A DNA stretch of 64,000 bases from an uncultured Methanomassiliicoccales archaeon (GTDB lineage: Archaea; Thermoplasmatota; Thermoplasmata; Methanomassiliicoccales; UBA472), in assembly GCA_963695345.1 (NCBI GenBank), contig OY968769.1, forward strand, positions 224,001 to 288,000. Reading direction: 5' to 3'. A model generated the notes under the pieces. It made no database searches and was not told the DNA's origin. It saw nothing but the letters and a program-made list of their open reading frames with translations. Every line of letters starts with the position of its first letter. Position 1 is the first letter of the stretch. Below, in pieces: positions 32,303 to 43,163 of this stretch. A program made the translations under genes and the position numbers.

Positions 32303-33100
32303 ATGCCGCACATGAACGTCGGGGACACCAGGGTGCACTACGAGGTGCATGGCTCAGGAGAACCGCTCCTATTGATCACCGGGCTGTGCGGAGACCTGAC
32401 CAGCTGGAAGAAGGCATTGCCATTGCTGGACAGGGAGTTCAAGGTCATCACCATCGATAATCGCGGTGCGGGGAAGACCGAGCACCCGGGACAGCCCTTC
32501 TCCATGGAGGACCTGGCCGATGACGCCTCCAGCCTTCTGAAAGGGCTCGGGATCGCCAGGGCGCATGTGCTCGGGGCGTCCATGGGCGGGAATGTCGCTC
32601 AGGAGCTGACCCTCCGCCATCCGGAACAGGTTTTCACCCTCACTTTGATGTCCACGTACATGAGGAGGCCGGAGAGGTCAAGCGTGGGCATCGACGCCAT
32701 GATCAACACGGTCAAGGAGGGGGCTAGCATCGAGACGTTCCTGACCATGATGCAGGCCTGGTGCTTGACCAACGCGGCCTTCCGGGGCCGGGAGAACGTT
32801 TCCCAGAACGACCAGCGCGGCGCTCGGGAAAGGGACCTGGGCCTAGTGGATGGTTTTGCCAGGCAGAAAGCGGCCTTGGACAATTTCGATTCCCATGAGC
32901 GGGTCTCGGCGATAACGGTCCCGACGCTGGTGGTGCATGGCAATGAGGACATCATGGTCCCGCCGCGGTTCGGGGAAGAACTCGCCTCGAGAATCGAGGG
33001 TTCGAGATTGGTCCTCCTGGACGGATGCGGGCACATGATCTCGCCAGACCGATATGTCCCGGTATTGCTTGAGTTCTTGCGTGTCCACAAGTTCCAGTGA
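32303..33100 (+). CDS. Alpha/beta hydrolase
   Basis: DNRGAG, GASMGG nucleophile elbow, HGNED and CGH. Confidence 0.93.
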   Translation: MPHMNVGDTRVHYEVHGSGEPLLLITGLCGDLTSWKKALPLLDREFKVITIDNRGAGKTEHPGQPFSMEDLADDASSLLKGLGIARAHVLGASMGGNVAQELTLRHPEQVFTLTLMSTYMRRPERSSVGIDAMINTVKEGASIETFLTMMQAWCLTNAAFRGRENVSQNDQRGARERDLGLVDGFARQKAALDNFDSHERVSAITVPTLVVHGNEDIMVPPRFGEELASRIEGSRLVLLDGCGHMISPDRYVPVLLEFLRVHKFQ

Positions 33101-33358
33101 TCTAGTGCCGATCGCCATCGAGAGAGCCCGTCTCACCTTTTTTTAGAGATACCTGCTTGAACACATGAACCGATAGGGGACCGACCTGGTCAAGGCCAGG
33201 TTCGTTTTCCGAACGCCCTCATTAGCGGGTGCCCAGATGGCGGATCGTTAAGTTCACCATACACGATGAGTTGAAATGAACAATTATCAGGGAAGGGCCG
33301 TGGATGAAGCGATAGTATAAAAAACCAAATCACCAATTCAAATGAAGACCTCTGGACA

Positions 33359-36300
33359 TTGAAACCTCCCAGGCGTAGGGATCTGGAGTCTTGGGTGCGG
33401 GGGAGAACGCATACGGCCGAAGAATCGGGTTTTAGTTTGACATCGATTAGGGATTCCTCAAAGAAGGTTCCATCCAAATGGCAGATCAGGGCAAGCTGGT
33501 CACTGATATTGCTTTTCCTGGTCGCCATTGGAATTCTTGCTGTTCAACGCTACGAATCTGTCTGGAACCCACCAGGGCTTCTGCCGACGCTCAATGTGAT
33601 TTTCATAACATTCTTATCTTACTTGATATCCGCGATTGCCGCTAGAAGCTACCTGGGAAGAGAATCGTTGGCGGTTCTCATGCTGGGATGCGGTATGATC
33701 GCACTCGGGACGGGGGCTTGGATGGCCGCCGCGCTTTCCATCGGTTCATCATCAAACTCGCTGATCTCAGTGTATAACTCGTCAGCGTTGATCGCCGGGA
33801 TCTGTCACCTCTGCAGTGTTGTGGCATTGTCCATGCCTTCGACCAAGGAACGATCACTGGGCAGGTTCGGACTGTTCTTTTTCTATTCCATCATAATCAT
33901 CATCGAAGTGGCCATCGCTATCCTGGTCACCAATGGTTCATGGCCCGCGTTTTTCGTCCCCGGATCGGGCCAGACAGACATCGGCGAAATGGTCCTTTAC
34001 GGCACAATAGTCACCTTCGCACTTTCCACGGTACTTCTGGCGATCAGAAGGCGTGAGGCGGAGCGGGATTTTGCCAATTGGTATTCACTTGGTCTCGGTC
34101 TGATCACTGTTGGGCTGATCGGTGTATCGCTGCAGACCAACCTCGGTGACCCGCTCAATTGGACCGGTCGAATGTCCCAATATGTCGGGACCGTCCTCAT
34201 GCTGATCGCCGTCATTGTTTCGGCCAGGAAGAGCGGTACCTGGTTACTTCCGTTCGAGGGAGCCTTGCGGGAGAGTGAAGACAGATACCAAAGCCTGGTC
34301 ACGCTATCACCGGACGCAATCTTGGTTCAGGTCGATGGCAGGTTCGTTTTCGCCAACCCAGCAGCAGCGAAGTTATTCGGGCTGAAGTCGGCGGAAATGG
34401 TCATCGGAAAAGTGGTGGACGATCTGATCGCGCAGGACAACCGTGTGGAGACCGGCCGCTATCTGGAAAGGATAATGGCCGGAGAACCTCAGCCTCCGCA
34501 TCATTTCATGGTCAAAGGGGTGGATGGTCGTCTTATCGATGCGGAGATAACCAGCTCGAAGGTACAATACGGCAACAGACCTGCCATCCAATCGATCGTC
34601 AGGGATGTCACGGAACGCACGCGTATCGAGCACGAGCGGGACATGGCAGCAGAGTTCCTCCATCTCATCAACGACTGCAAGGACACCCCCGAATTGGTCC
34701 ACAACGCGGTCACCTTTTTCCAGGAACGGTCAGGCTGTGAGGCCGTGGGCATTAGAATCCGCAAAGATGGAGACTATCCATATTATCAAACCAGTGGCTT
34801 CCCGGACAGATTCGTCATGATGGAGAATCATCTATGCGAATACGACACTGGCGGTCGGCCAATTGGATCAGAAGGAAATCCAAGCTTGGCCTGCATGTGT
34901 GGTAACGTTATCCGCGGGAGGTTCGATCCGTCCAAGCCGTTCTTCACCCCGGGTGGATCATTCTGGACGAACAGCACGACAGAACTGCTCGCCAATACCA
35001 CCGAAGCCGAACGCCAGGCTAGAACGAGGGATAGATGCAACGGGGAAGGATACGAATCGGTGGCATTGATCCCCTTGCGGTCTGGAAAAGACACTTTGGG
35101 ATTGATCCAGATGAACGATAGGCGGAAAGACCAGTTCTCGGCCGATATGATCGTTCAGTGGGAACGGATCGTGGGATATCTGACCGTGGCCTTGGCCAAG
35201 TTCCAGTGGGAGGATGCGCTGCGCGAGAGTGAGAGAAAATACCGCGGTTTGTTCCAGAACATGCAGGAGGAGGTCCATTTCTGGAAGTTGGTGCATGACG
35301 ATGATGGTAGGATCGTGACCTGGAGGCTGGTCGATGTCAATCCCCCCACCCTCAAGACCTGGGGAAAGGACCTGAAGGACATCATTGGCAAGACCACGGA
35401 TGAGATATTCGGACCGGGGGCGAAGGACCATTACATGCCCATCGTCAGGAAGGTCTTCGAGGAGAACGAGCCCCATGTCTACGAGGACTACTTCCCGAAC
35501 CTGGACAGATACTTCCATTTCGCCACGATTCCGTTCGGTGAATATTTCATAACGACTGGCATGGACATCTCGGACTTCAAGCGGGCACAACGGCAGACCG
35601 AGGAGGAAAGAGGGCGGCTTCAGGCCATACTCGACAACCTTCCGGTCGGGGTGATCATCGCCGACAAGGACGGAAGGACGACGTTCGCAAACAAATCGAT
35701 GCGACGGATCTGGGGAGGTTCATTGGAGGTGGAAGGCACGGAGCCCGACCCAACAAGGGTGAAGGCGTTATTCTCGGACAGCCTCCTGCCCGTCGATTCC
35801 ATTAACTGGCCCATCATGGAGGCCATGAGTGAGGGCAGGGAATCAACCCCCCGGCTAGTCGATCTCGAAAGCTACGACGGATCGGAGTTCACCCTGCTGG
35901 TGACCGCCGCCCCTCTCCTGGACAAGGACGGCAGCATCATTGGTGGGGTATCGGTCCGCCAGGACGTTACCGGCATGAGGGATACGGAAAAAGCATTGCA
36001 GCGGTCGAACACCGAACTGCAGCAATTCGCCTATGTCGCCAGCCATGACCTGCAGGAGCCGCTGCGCATGGTCCTCAGTTACGTGACGCTGTTGAACAAA
36101 CGTTACGGTGTCGGGCTCGAGGGGGAATCGAAGGAGTTCCTCAATTACATCAATGAGGGCGCAGAACGGATGAGGCAGCTGGTTAACGACCTGCTTCAGT
36201 TCTCAAGGATAGACAAAACGACCGCCCCGTTCACCGATGTGGACATGGATTTGGTCACAGAAAAGGCGATCAGCATACTGCAGGTCGCCGTAGAGGAAGG

Positions 36301-36688
36301 CGGGGTCAAACTCGAAATCGGAACCCTGCCATCGGTGAAGGCGGATGCTTCTCAGATGCTGCAGGTGATGCAGAACCTCATAAGCAACGCCATCAAGTTC
36401 CGAAGCAAAGAGAATCCGATTGTGAAAGTATCCTCCACCCAGAACTTCAAGGAGTGGACAATATCGGTCCAGGACAACGGCATCGGCATAGACCCGAAAT
36501 ACTACGAGAGGTTGTTCCAGATGTTCCAAAGGCTCCACACCAGGGAGGAATACGAGGGGACCGGGATAGGATTGGCGATCTGCAAGAAGATCGTTGACCG
36601 ACACGGCGGAAGGATATGGGTCGAGTCCAGGGAGGGAAAGGGGGCCACTTTCTTCTTCACCCTGCCGAAGGCGGGACCGAAGCAGTAG
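33359..36688 (+). CDS. Membrane sensor histidine kinase (MASE3-like TM region, PAS, Cys-rich GAF, PAS, PAS, HisKA, HATPase); start uncertain
   Basis: About 8 TM helices; FAYVASHDLQEPLR H-box, NLISNAIKF, DNGIGID and GTGIGLAICKKIV. Confidence 0.93.
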   Translation: MKPPRRRDLESWVRGRTHTAEESGFSLTSIRDSSKKVPSKWQIRASWSLILLFLVAIGILAVQRYESVWNPPGLLPTLNVIFITFLSYLISAIAARSYLGRESLAVLMLGCGMIALGTGAWMAAALSIGSSSNSLISVYNSSALIAGICHLCSVVALSMPSTKERSLGRFGLFFFYSIIIIIEVAIAILVTNGSWPAFFVPGSGQTDIGEMVLYGTIVTFALSTVLLAIRRREAERDFANWYSLGLGLITVGLIGVSLQTNLGDPLNWTGRMSQYVGTVLMLIAVIVSARKSGTWLLPFEGALRESEDRYQSLVTLSPDAILVQVDGRFVFANPAAAKLFGLKSAEMVIGKVVDDLIAQDNRVETGRYLERIMAGEPQPPHHFMVKGVDGRLIDAEITSSKVQYGNRPAIQSIVRDVTERTRIEHERDMAAEFLHLINDCKDTPELVHNAVTFFQERSGCEAVGIRIRKDGDYPYYQTSGFPDRFVMMENHLCEYDTGGRPIGSEGNPSLACMCGNVIRGRFDPSKPFFTPGGSFWTNSTTELLANTTEAERQARTRDRCNGEGYESVALIPLRSGKDTLGLIQMNDRRKDQFSADMIVQWERIVGYLTVALAKFQWEDALRESERKYRGLFQNMQEEVHFWKLVHDDDGRIVTWRLVDVNPPTLKTWGKDLKDIIGKTTDEIFGPGAKDHYMPIVRKVFEENEPHVYEDYFPNLDRYFHFATIPFGEYFITTGMDISDFKRAQRQTEEERGRLQAILDNLPVGVIIADKDGRTTFANKSMRRIWGGSLEVEGTEPDPTRVKALFSDSLLPVDSINWPIMEAMSEGRESTPRLVDLESYDGSEFTLLVTAAPLLDKDGSIIGGVSVRQDVTGMRDTEKALQRSNTELQQFAYVASHDLQEPLRMVLSYVTLLNKRYGVGLEGESKEFLNYINEGAERMRQLVNDLLQFSRIDKTTAPFTDVDMDLVTEKAISILQVAVEEGGVKLEIGTLPSVKADASQMLQVMQNLISNAIKFRSKENPIVKVSSTQNFKEWTISVQDNGIGIDPKYYERLFQMFQRLHTREEYEGTGIGLAICKKIVDRHGGRIWVESREGKGATFFFTLPKAGPKQ

Positions 36689-36764
36689 ACACCGACCGAT
36701 ATGGGCGGGAGCGAATTCTGTCGAGACCGTCCGACCCCTGCATACATACGTTTTCTCATTCCGC

Positions 36765-37691
36765 CTATTTTCCCATGATCGTGCCGAGCAGACCGCGATT
36801 ATCCCCTCGATCGTCCAGCCTTTCCGTCCTGAAGGCCATATATCCGAACCCGAGGAAGATCGCCATCATGGCTGATCCGAGGGCCGCCCCTCCTGAGGCA
36901 TCGAACAGTGAAGGGTTGTAGACACTGGCGAAATCTTCCGGGGCAAGACCCATGGCCACGTAGGTCCCTTGGGTCAGGACCAGGGGGTTCGCCAGGTCCA
37001 TCGTCAGGAATAGAGACGGGATGAATTCCGTGGCGTTATTGACAGCAACGTGTTGATTGGCCTTGTACGCCTCGCTCCCCCCCATCGACAGGCTCATGCT
37101 GAACATCGAGGTCACCAGGAAGAAAAGGAATATCGCCAGGATGATCGGCACGGCTTTCTTGCTGGTCACCGTCGCCAAGAACAGCCCGAGGGCTGCGAAT
37201 ACCAGCAGAATGATCGCCGGGAACAGCAAAGAGGCGAGCAACGCATCCACCCCCAGTGTCGGCATGTCCATCATGGCAAAGGCGATAAGATAGGCGACGA
37301 AGGACACCGCCACCGCGATCGCTACCATCATTGTGAGAACGATGAACTTGCTGGCAAAGAACCTCTTCTTGTCACATCCGCTGGTCAGGATGTACCGGAG
37401 CATTCCGGTGTCCTTCTCCGCGGTCATGGCGAGCGAACCGGCCACGATGAATATCGCCGAATCGATCGCAAGCAGCATGGTCCAATACTGCCCCAGATTG
37501 ACCTTCTGCTGGATGACGAGCGAGGCGGAGGTTACGATGGGAGTGCCCTGGGTGCTTGCTACGTAACTTGAGCATGACTGCACCGCCATGATGAAAGCCA
37601 CGGCCGCCAGCGCCACAATCAGGAATACGAACCGGGCGTCGGTGGACAGGAGCTTCAGGTCCTTCCTTACCTGGATCAGCAATTGCCTCAT
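36765..37691 (-). CDS. ABC-2 exporter permease
   Basis: EKDTGMLRYIL..KKRFFASKF; six TM segments; overlaps the ATPase gene. Confidence 0.85.
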   Translation of the reverse strand: MRQLLIQVRKDLKLLSTDARFVFLIVALAAVAFIMAVQSCSSYVASTQGTPIVTSASLVIQQKVNLGQYWTMLLAIDSAIFIVAGSLAMTAEKDTGMLRYILTSGCDKKRFFASKFIVLTMMVAIAVAVSFVAYLIAFAMMDMPTLGVDALLASLLFPAIILLVFAALGLFLATVTSKKAVPIILAIFLFFLVTSMFSMSLSMGGSEAYKANQHVAVNNATEFIPSLFLTMDLANPLVLTQGTYVAMGLAPEDFASVYNPSLFDASGGAALGSAMMAIFLGFGYMAFRTERLDDRGDNRGLLGTIMGK

Positions 37692-38584
37692 CTTTCACCC
37701 TCCATGATGATCTCGGTGTACATGTCCTCGGCCTTCCGCTGCACGATCTTGGTCTCGACGATCCGGCCTCCGGCATATACTATGGAGGAGACCAGGTCCG
37801 GGATCTGCGGCCGTTCCAATTCGATCAGCAAGTCCCTTCCGTCCGGGGAGACGGTCAGCAGCTTTCTTCCGGAAACGGCGTCCAGCAATGCTTGGCTCGG
37901 ATTCTCCACGGTTATCTGTACGTTCAGCAGGTTCCCCTGCCTCTGATAGCCCTCCTTTCCGACGATCCTGCCGGATTTGATGAAGATGATGGAGTCGCAG
38001 ACCTGGTCTATCTCGTAAAGCTCGTGCGACGACAGCAATATGGAGATGTCCTGTTCCCTCAGGGTCTTGAGGGACCTCCTGATGTCGATCATCGCCGTCG
38101 GGTCAAGTCCGGAGAACGGTTCGTCCATCAATAGGACGCGCGGATGGTGCATGATCGACCGGGCAATGGCCAATCGCTGCTTCATGCCCTTCGAGAAATC
38201 CCCTACGAAATCATCCGCCCGGTCGCCCAGGCCGAAGATCTCCAATCCATTCCTGACCGCCTCTTCCGGATCCCTCAACTGGTATAGCCTGGCGAAATAG
38301 AGTAGATTGTAGTGCGCGCTCAGGTCCTCGAAGAAGGTGGGCCTTTCCGGAACGTATCCGAAGTCCGGACGACCGTCCCCTGTGGCGAGCCTTACGCTCC
38401 CTCCATTCCCCCGTTCTATTCCCATGATGATCTTGATCAGAGAGCTTTTTCCGGCGCCGTTCGGTCCGACCAGGCCGCATATCTCCTTGCGGCCGAGACG
38501 GAAGGAGGCCCGGTCCAATGCATGGACGTTCCGGGTCGTGAACCGGTTCCCATACGTCTTGGAGATGTCCTCCACGGTGAGCAC
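37688..38584 (-). CDS. ABC transporter ATP-binding protein (start uncertain)
   Basis: GPNGAGKS, FSKGMKQRL, LLMDEPFSGLDP and SSH. Confidence 0.95.
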   Translation of the reverse strand: MLTVEDISKTYGNRFTTRNVHALDRASFRLGRKEICGLVGPNGAGKSSLIKIIMGIERGNGGSVRLATGDGRPDFGYVPERPTFFEDLSAHYNLLYFARLYQLRDPEEAVRNGLEIFGLGDRADDFVGDFSKGMKQRLAIARSIMHHPRVLLMDEPFSGLDPTAMIDIRRSLKTLREQDISILLSSHELYEIDQVCDSIIFIKSGRIVGKEGYQRQGNLLNVQITVENPSQALLDAVSGRKLLTVSPDGRDLLIELERPQIPDLVSSIVYAGGRIVETKIVQRKAEDMYTEIIMEGER

Positions 38585-38600
38585 CGTTCCGTCGTCAGAT

Positions 38601-39539
38601 TCAATAGTAGTAGAAGTACTGAGGACTATCGTACCACCCCCCGTTGATATGGTAGTCCCATCTGTCGAAAGTATAGTTCCCCCAGGCCGTATCGATCCAC
38701 CCGGCCAGGTGGTATATCTGCATTTCAGACTGGACATACCCCATCTCTGCAATGGTCAGGCTGTGGCTCCCGCCGGGAGTGAGGTCGAACTCGGCCTGGC
38801 TGTAAGAACCGTTCTCAATACCGCTGGTCATGCCATTGATGGACCAGGTGAAGTTGCAGTGGGATACGCCGCTCAGGGAGGCGGGCGCGGAAAAGGTGAC
38901 ATCATAGTTCACCATGGACCCGTTCATGGTGGGAACCGATGTCATCTTGAGGGAGTCCAGGAAGAATATGGCGTTCCGATCGAGCTGGAACTTGACCGGA
39001 TGACCGGACAGCGGCGTGAACTGCGGATAGATCAGATAGTAACCGCCCAGGGCCTTGCTGTAGGTGACCGAGGGGTTGGAATTTTGGTGGGCCGTGTCAT
39101 AGGTGAAATGTATTTGCGTTCCGTTCCAGCTGAGTGATTTCGTTCCGTCGCTGCTATTGAAATAATCGAACAGAACCATCATGTCCCGGTTGTCCCAGGA
39201 ACTGATCTTATCCATCATCTTCCGGTCTTGGATTATCTGATCTGGATCAACGTTGTCAGGGATGTGCACGATATGGACTGAGCCTACGGCGATACCGTAT
39301 GACATGCCATAGCCGCTATCGATCCCGCTGGTGCTGAATTCCACTCCCGGGGTCATCGGGACGAAACTGAAGGATACGTTCTCCCCCTCGGCGAATGTGG
39401 TCTTGTCGGCCTTCACCGATACGTAGGCGATCCTGCCCCCTTGCGCATACTGCGATAGCATGGACACAAGGACCGCCGTCACGATCAGCATGACAACTAC
39501 GATCAATGCAACGTATTGTCTCTTAAGCCTCAATCCCAC
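38601..39539 (-). CDS. N-terminally anchored extracellular beta-rich protein, first gene of the ABC operon
   Basis: Basic N-terminus plus TM; N-glycosylation sequons; adjacent to the ATPase. Confidence 0.75.
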   Translation of the reverse strand: MGLRLKRQYVALIVVVMLIVTAVLVSMLSQYAQGGRIAYVSVKADKTTFAEGENVSFSFVPMTPGVEFSTSGIDSGYGMSYGIAVGSVHIVHIPDNVDPDQIIQDRKMMDKISSWDNRDMMVLFDYFNSSDGTKSLSWNGTQIHFTYDTAHQNSNPSVTYSKALGGYYLIYPQFTPLSGHPVKFQLDRNAIFFLDSLKMTSVPTMNGSMVNYDVTFSAPASLSGVSHCNFTWSINGMTSGIENGSYSQAEFDLTPGGSHSLTIAEMGYVQSEMQIYHLAGWIDTAWGNYTFDRWDYHINGGWYDSPQYFYYY

Positions 39540-39644
39540 ACCTTCTCATTTACGCTGGAGTTCCAGCACTTCCCCGGCGATGAGCAGTTTGCTGAATATT
39601 AAAAGATACGGCGCGATTCAGGATTGGAGAATTGGAAAACGGTT

Positions 39645-40914
39645 TCAAGGCAATTGTGCCTTCTCGTATCCCTTGGTCACGCCCAACGGCTTGGTGGCAT
39701 CGATGGCGATCTTGGACGTGGTCCCGTCCGCGCTCGGGTCCAGCGATGAACCGGCGGCGTTGTTCACGACCATCAGTCCGCGGGAGGCCTGGAACCTGGT
39801 CGCCTCGGCCCACTCGACGTCCTGGTCGTTGAAGATGTCCACGTCCTTGTCGACGATGGTCACCTTCTTCATGGACGGATGACCGGTGAAAGCGGCCATG
39901 GCGGCGTTCATGGCATCCCCCTCCTTGTTCTTGGTGATCGAGACAACCCCGTGCAGCCAGCAGCATCCTCCTTCGGTAAGCCTCACGCCATGGACCTGCG
40001 GCACCACCTGGCGGATGGTCTTGAACATGACCGGCTCGCGGGGCAGGCCCATCAGCATGAAATGCTCCAATCCGCCCGGAAGGACGACATGCAGGATCGG
40101 GTCCTTCTGGTGATAGATCTTGTCGACGGCGAAGACCGGCTGTTTTCGGACATCGTCATAGGTGCCGGTTATGTCCACGAACGGCCCCTCGTCGACCTTG
40201 TCCATGGTGAGGCGGCCCTCGAAGACATACTCGGAATATGCGGGCACCATCAGCCCCTTGTCGGTCGGGGAAACGGCCACCGGCTCACCCATGCAGGCGT
40301 TCCTCATGGATGCGGCGATCTCCATCTCATCAAGCGCATAATCGGTGGATGTGGCGGCGGCGAGCAGGACGGAGGGGCATACGCCGACGCAGAACGCGAC
40401 CGGCAGGTCCTTGCCCTTTCTCCAGGCTCAGCTTGTGCATGGTGAACAGATGGCGGGGGACGAGCCTGATGGCGAACCGATGCTCGTCCAGGACCATGAG
40501 CCGGTGGAAGGACACGTTCTTCTTGCCCTCGAACTCGGAAACGGCGACACCGGCGGTGATGTACCGCCCCCCGTCCTTGGGATAGAACTGAGGGATAGGT
40601 AGTTTGGTTAAATCGAATTTCTCCATCTCGACCTGGCGGAACGCCGGGTCATCGATCTCCTTTGGCTTCGCCGGATTTGAGATCGATTCGATCATCTTGG
40701 GAAGGAGTTCCTCCTTGGCGATGCCCAGGCCGGAGGCTATCCGTGCGCGGTCGCTCCAAAGGTTTCCTGCGACCTTGCCACCGTTCACGTCGTTGAACAA
40801 TACCGGGACCTTCTGGTTCTCCAATAGCGTTCGGGTCAGCCCCAGGTCTGGCGAGCGCGGCTCGTCCACCCGCATGACGTCCTTCATACCCTTCAGGAGA
40901 CCCCTGATTGACAT
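39645..40914 (-). CDS. UbiD-family prFMN decarboxylase (candidate anhydromevalonate-phosphate decarboxylase); frameshift near 40420
   Basis: DGGRYITAG, NVSFHRL, EGPFVDITGTYD, GGCCWLH, HPSMK and GSSLDPS. Confidence 0.88.
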
Positions 40915-41093
40915 GAACGGGTGATTCCCTTCCCGATTAATAAGCAATAGCAAACGCACTAGCTCGGGTTCACGATAGCAAGGGACGATCGGGAACCGCC
41001 AGGCGAATAAGGACAAAGACGGGCGGATACATGGTCACCGCCGGCGATCCTGAACTTGGAGGTTCAAGAAAAGCGGGCTGGACCGTAAGTCCT

Positions 41094-42864
41094 TCAGTGC
41101 TCCTCGTCGTCCTCAAAACCCTTCCATCGTTCCCTGTGCCGGTACAGTGGATTGCCTGGGTTGGACTGGTCGCCGGTCGGGATGGCCCTGAGCTCCGGCA
41201 TCTTCATCGAATCGTCACAGGAATGATGGTGGACCATCTTCATCAGATAGATGAACCAGGAGACATAAGCTATCGAAATGATGAACACCGAGGGCCAGAA
41301 GATGATCATGACGAACGCGTCGGTGGCGATCATGATCATTGACAGGCTTATCACCGAAGCGATGTAGTGGGATATCTTGTTCGCCATTTCCGTATATGGT
41401 CCCGAGATTGGAATAGTCGATCTTCCTGACCACCTTGTCGACCTGCGGGCGGAGAACGAACCAGGCTATCGCACACGCCCCCAAGGAGACAAGGAAGGCC
41501 GCCAGACGGAGGACGCCAGTCAGGGAAAGGATCGACAATAGGGATATCAGGTAGAGTGAGAGGGAAAGTAACATGCCCTTAGGCATACTGAAAGAGCGTA
41601 GACCACCCGGCAGTATCATCTTCCCCACGGTGCGGGAGAAGATGGCGCCCCCGTAGGACAGATACCGGGGCATGCGCTTCGCCGCCTTGTCCGCGAGGAC
41701 ATAGCTGTTCTTGATGAAGAAGGGGCAGAGGACCGACATGACAAAGGTTATCGCTCCGGCGATGGGATACAGCTCAGCCCCCTTGGTCGCGCTGGCGGCC
41801 TTGCTCCCCACCGTGGCGTACATAACCGATTCTCCGCCCCGGGCACTGAAGGAAGAACCGATGGAGACCGCCTCCCTTCTGGGGAAACCGACCAGATACG
41901 CCACTATGGACATGATGATGATCTCATCCACGAGGATTATCACGACCGCGATTACTATGATCGACCAGACCGATCCGAACATCGCGGGGTTGATGAACAT
42001 GCCGAACGACACGAAGAATATGGCAACGAACGCGTCACGTAATGGAGCGATCTTTCGATCCAGCCGTTTTGTGACCCGGGTCTCGGCAAAGGTGATCCCG
42101 ATAAAGAACGCACCTATCAGAGAGGGCACGCCGCAGTATTCCGCTATGCCCGCGGTCAGGGCGATGATCCCGAGCATGAAAAGAACGAACATCTCATCGC
42201 TCTTCATCTTGTCCAGACGTTTTACCACATAGGGGATGACGACCGCGGCCATGACCGCGAAGAACACGAAGAAGGCGGCCATACCGATGATCATGCTCGT
42301 CGGGGAGAATGACGCCCCTTTGATCAGCAGGCCGCCGACCAGCGTCAGGAACAGCATGGAGATGAATTCCTCTAGGATTATCATGCCCAACATGAACTCG
42401 GTCTCCGGTTTATCCAGCCTTCCGAGATCGACAAGGGTCTTCATCGCCACTGCGGAGCAGCTCATCGAGAGGACCGCCGCCAGGAATATCGAATCGACCA
42501 GTCCCCACCCCAGCCAGGCGGCGAGCAGGAATCCGGTGAAGAGGTTGAGCCCCACGTCTATCAGGGAGAGCACCACCGCCGGACCCTTGACCCTCTTGAT
42601 CTTGTCGATCGAGAATTCTAGACCGACAAAGAAGATGAGAAGGATGATCCCAAGCTGGGAGAAAAGATCTATCAGACCGGTCTCGTGCACCACTCCGGTG
42701 TACACGATCGGACCCAGCTCGATGTACATGTAGGGGCCGATCAGGGCGCCTGCGATAATGTAACCTAATATGGCACTTTGCTTCAACTTTGTAGCGATAG
42801 TGGCGCCTATGAATGCCACCAGCAATATCATTCCTATTTCGATTAGCAGCTCGACGTCGGCCAT
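41094..42864 (-). CDS. CPA2-family cation/H+ antiporter (frameshift near 41390)
   Basis: LGYIIAGALIGP, FFVGLEFS, LRDAFVAIFFVSFG and ARGGES; many TM helices. Confidence 0.9.
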
Positions 42865-43163
42865 ATGTTCCCGCCAGACCGGACCAATGCCTGGCCACCG
42901 ACCCACGGGGATCGCCGGAATGGATTCCGTTCCACGATCCTGTGAATTTAGGTGAAGAGGTGATTTCCCATAACCTCTTTCAGCGCATCCCGATTGACAT
43001 ATCAGTTACAGGTTTATGAAGGTTACAGAGGAAATGACCTTCTGTGGATTGACCCCAGTCGACCTGACTGAGTTCATGACGTGGTCCCGGGCTAGGGGCA
43101 CAGACCCACAGAACGTCTTGCCAGCGAAAGATAGAATATGACCATCCCTCATTCTCAGGGCGT

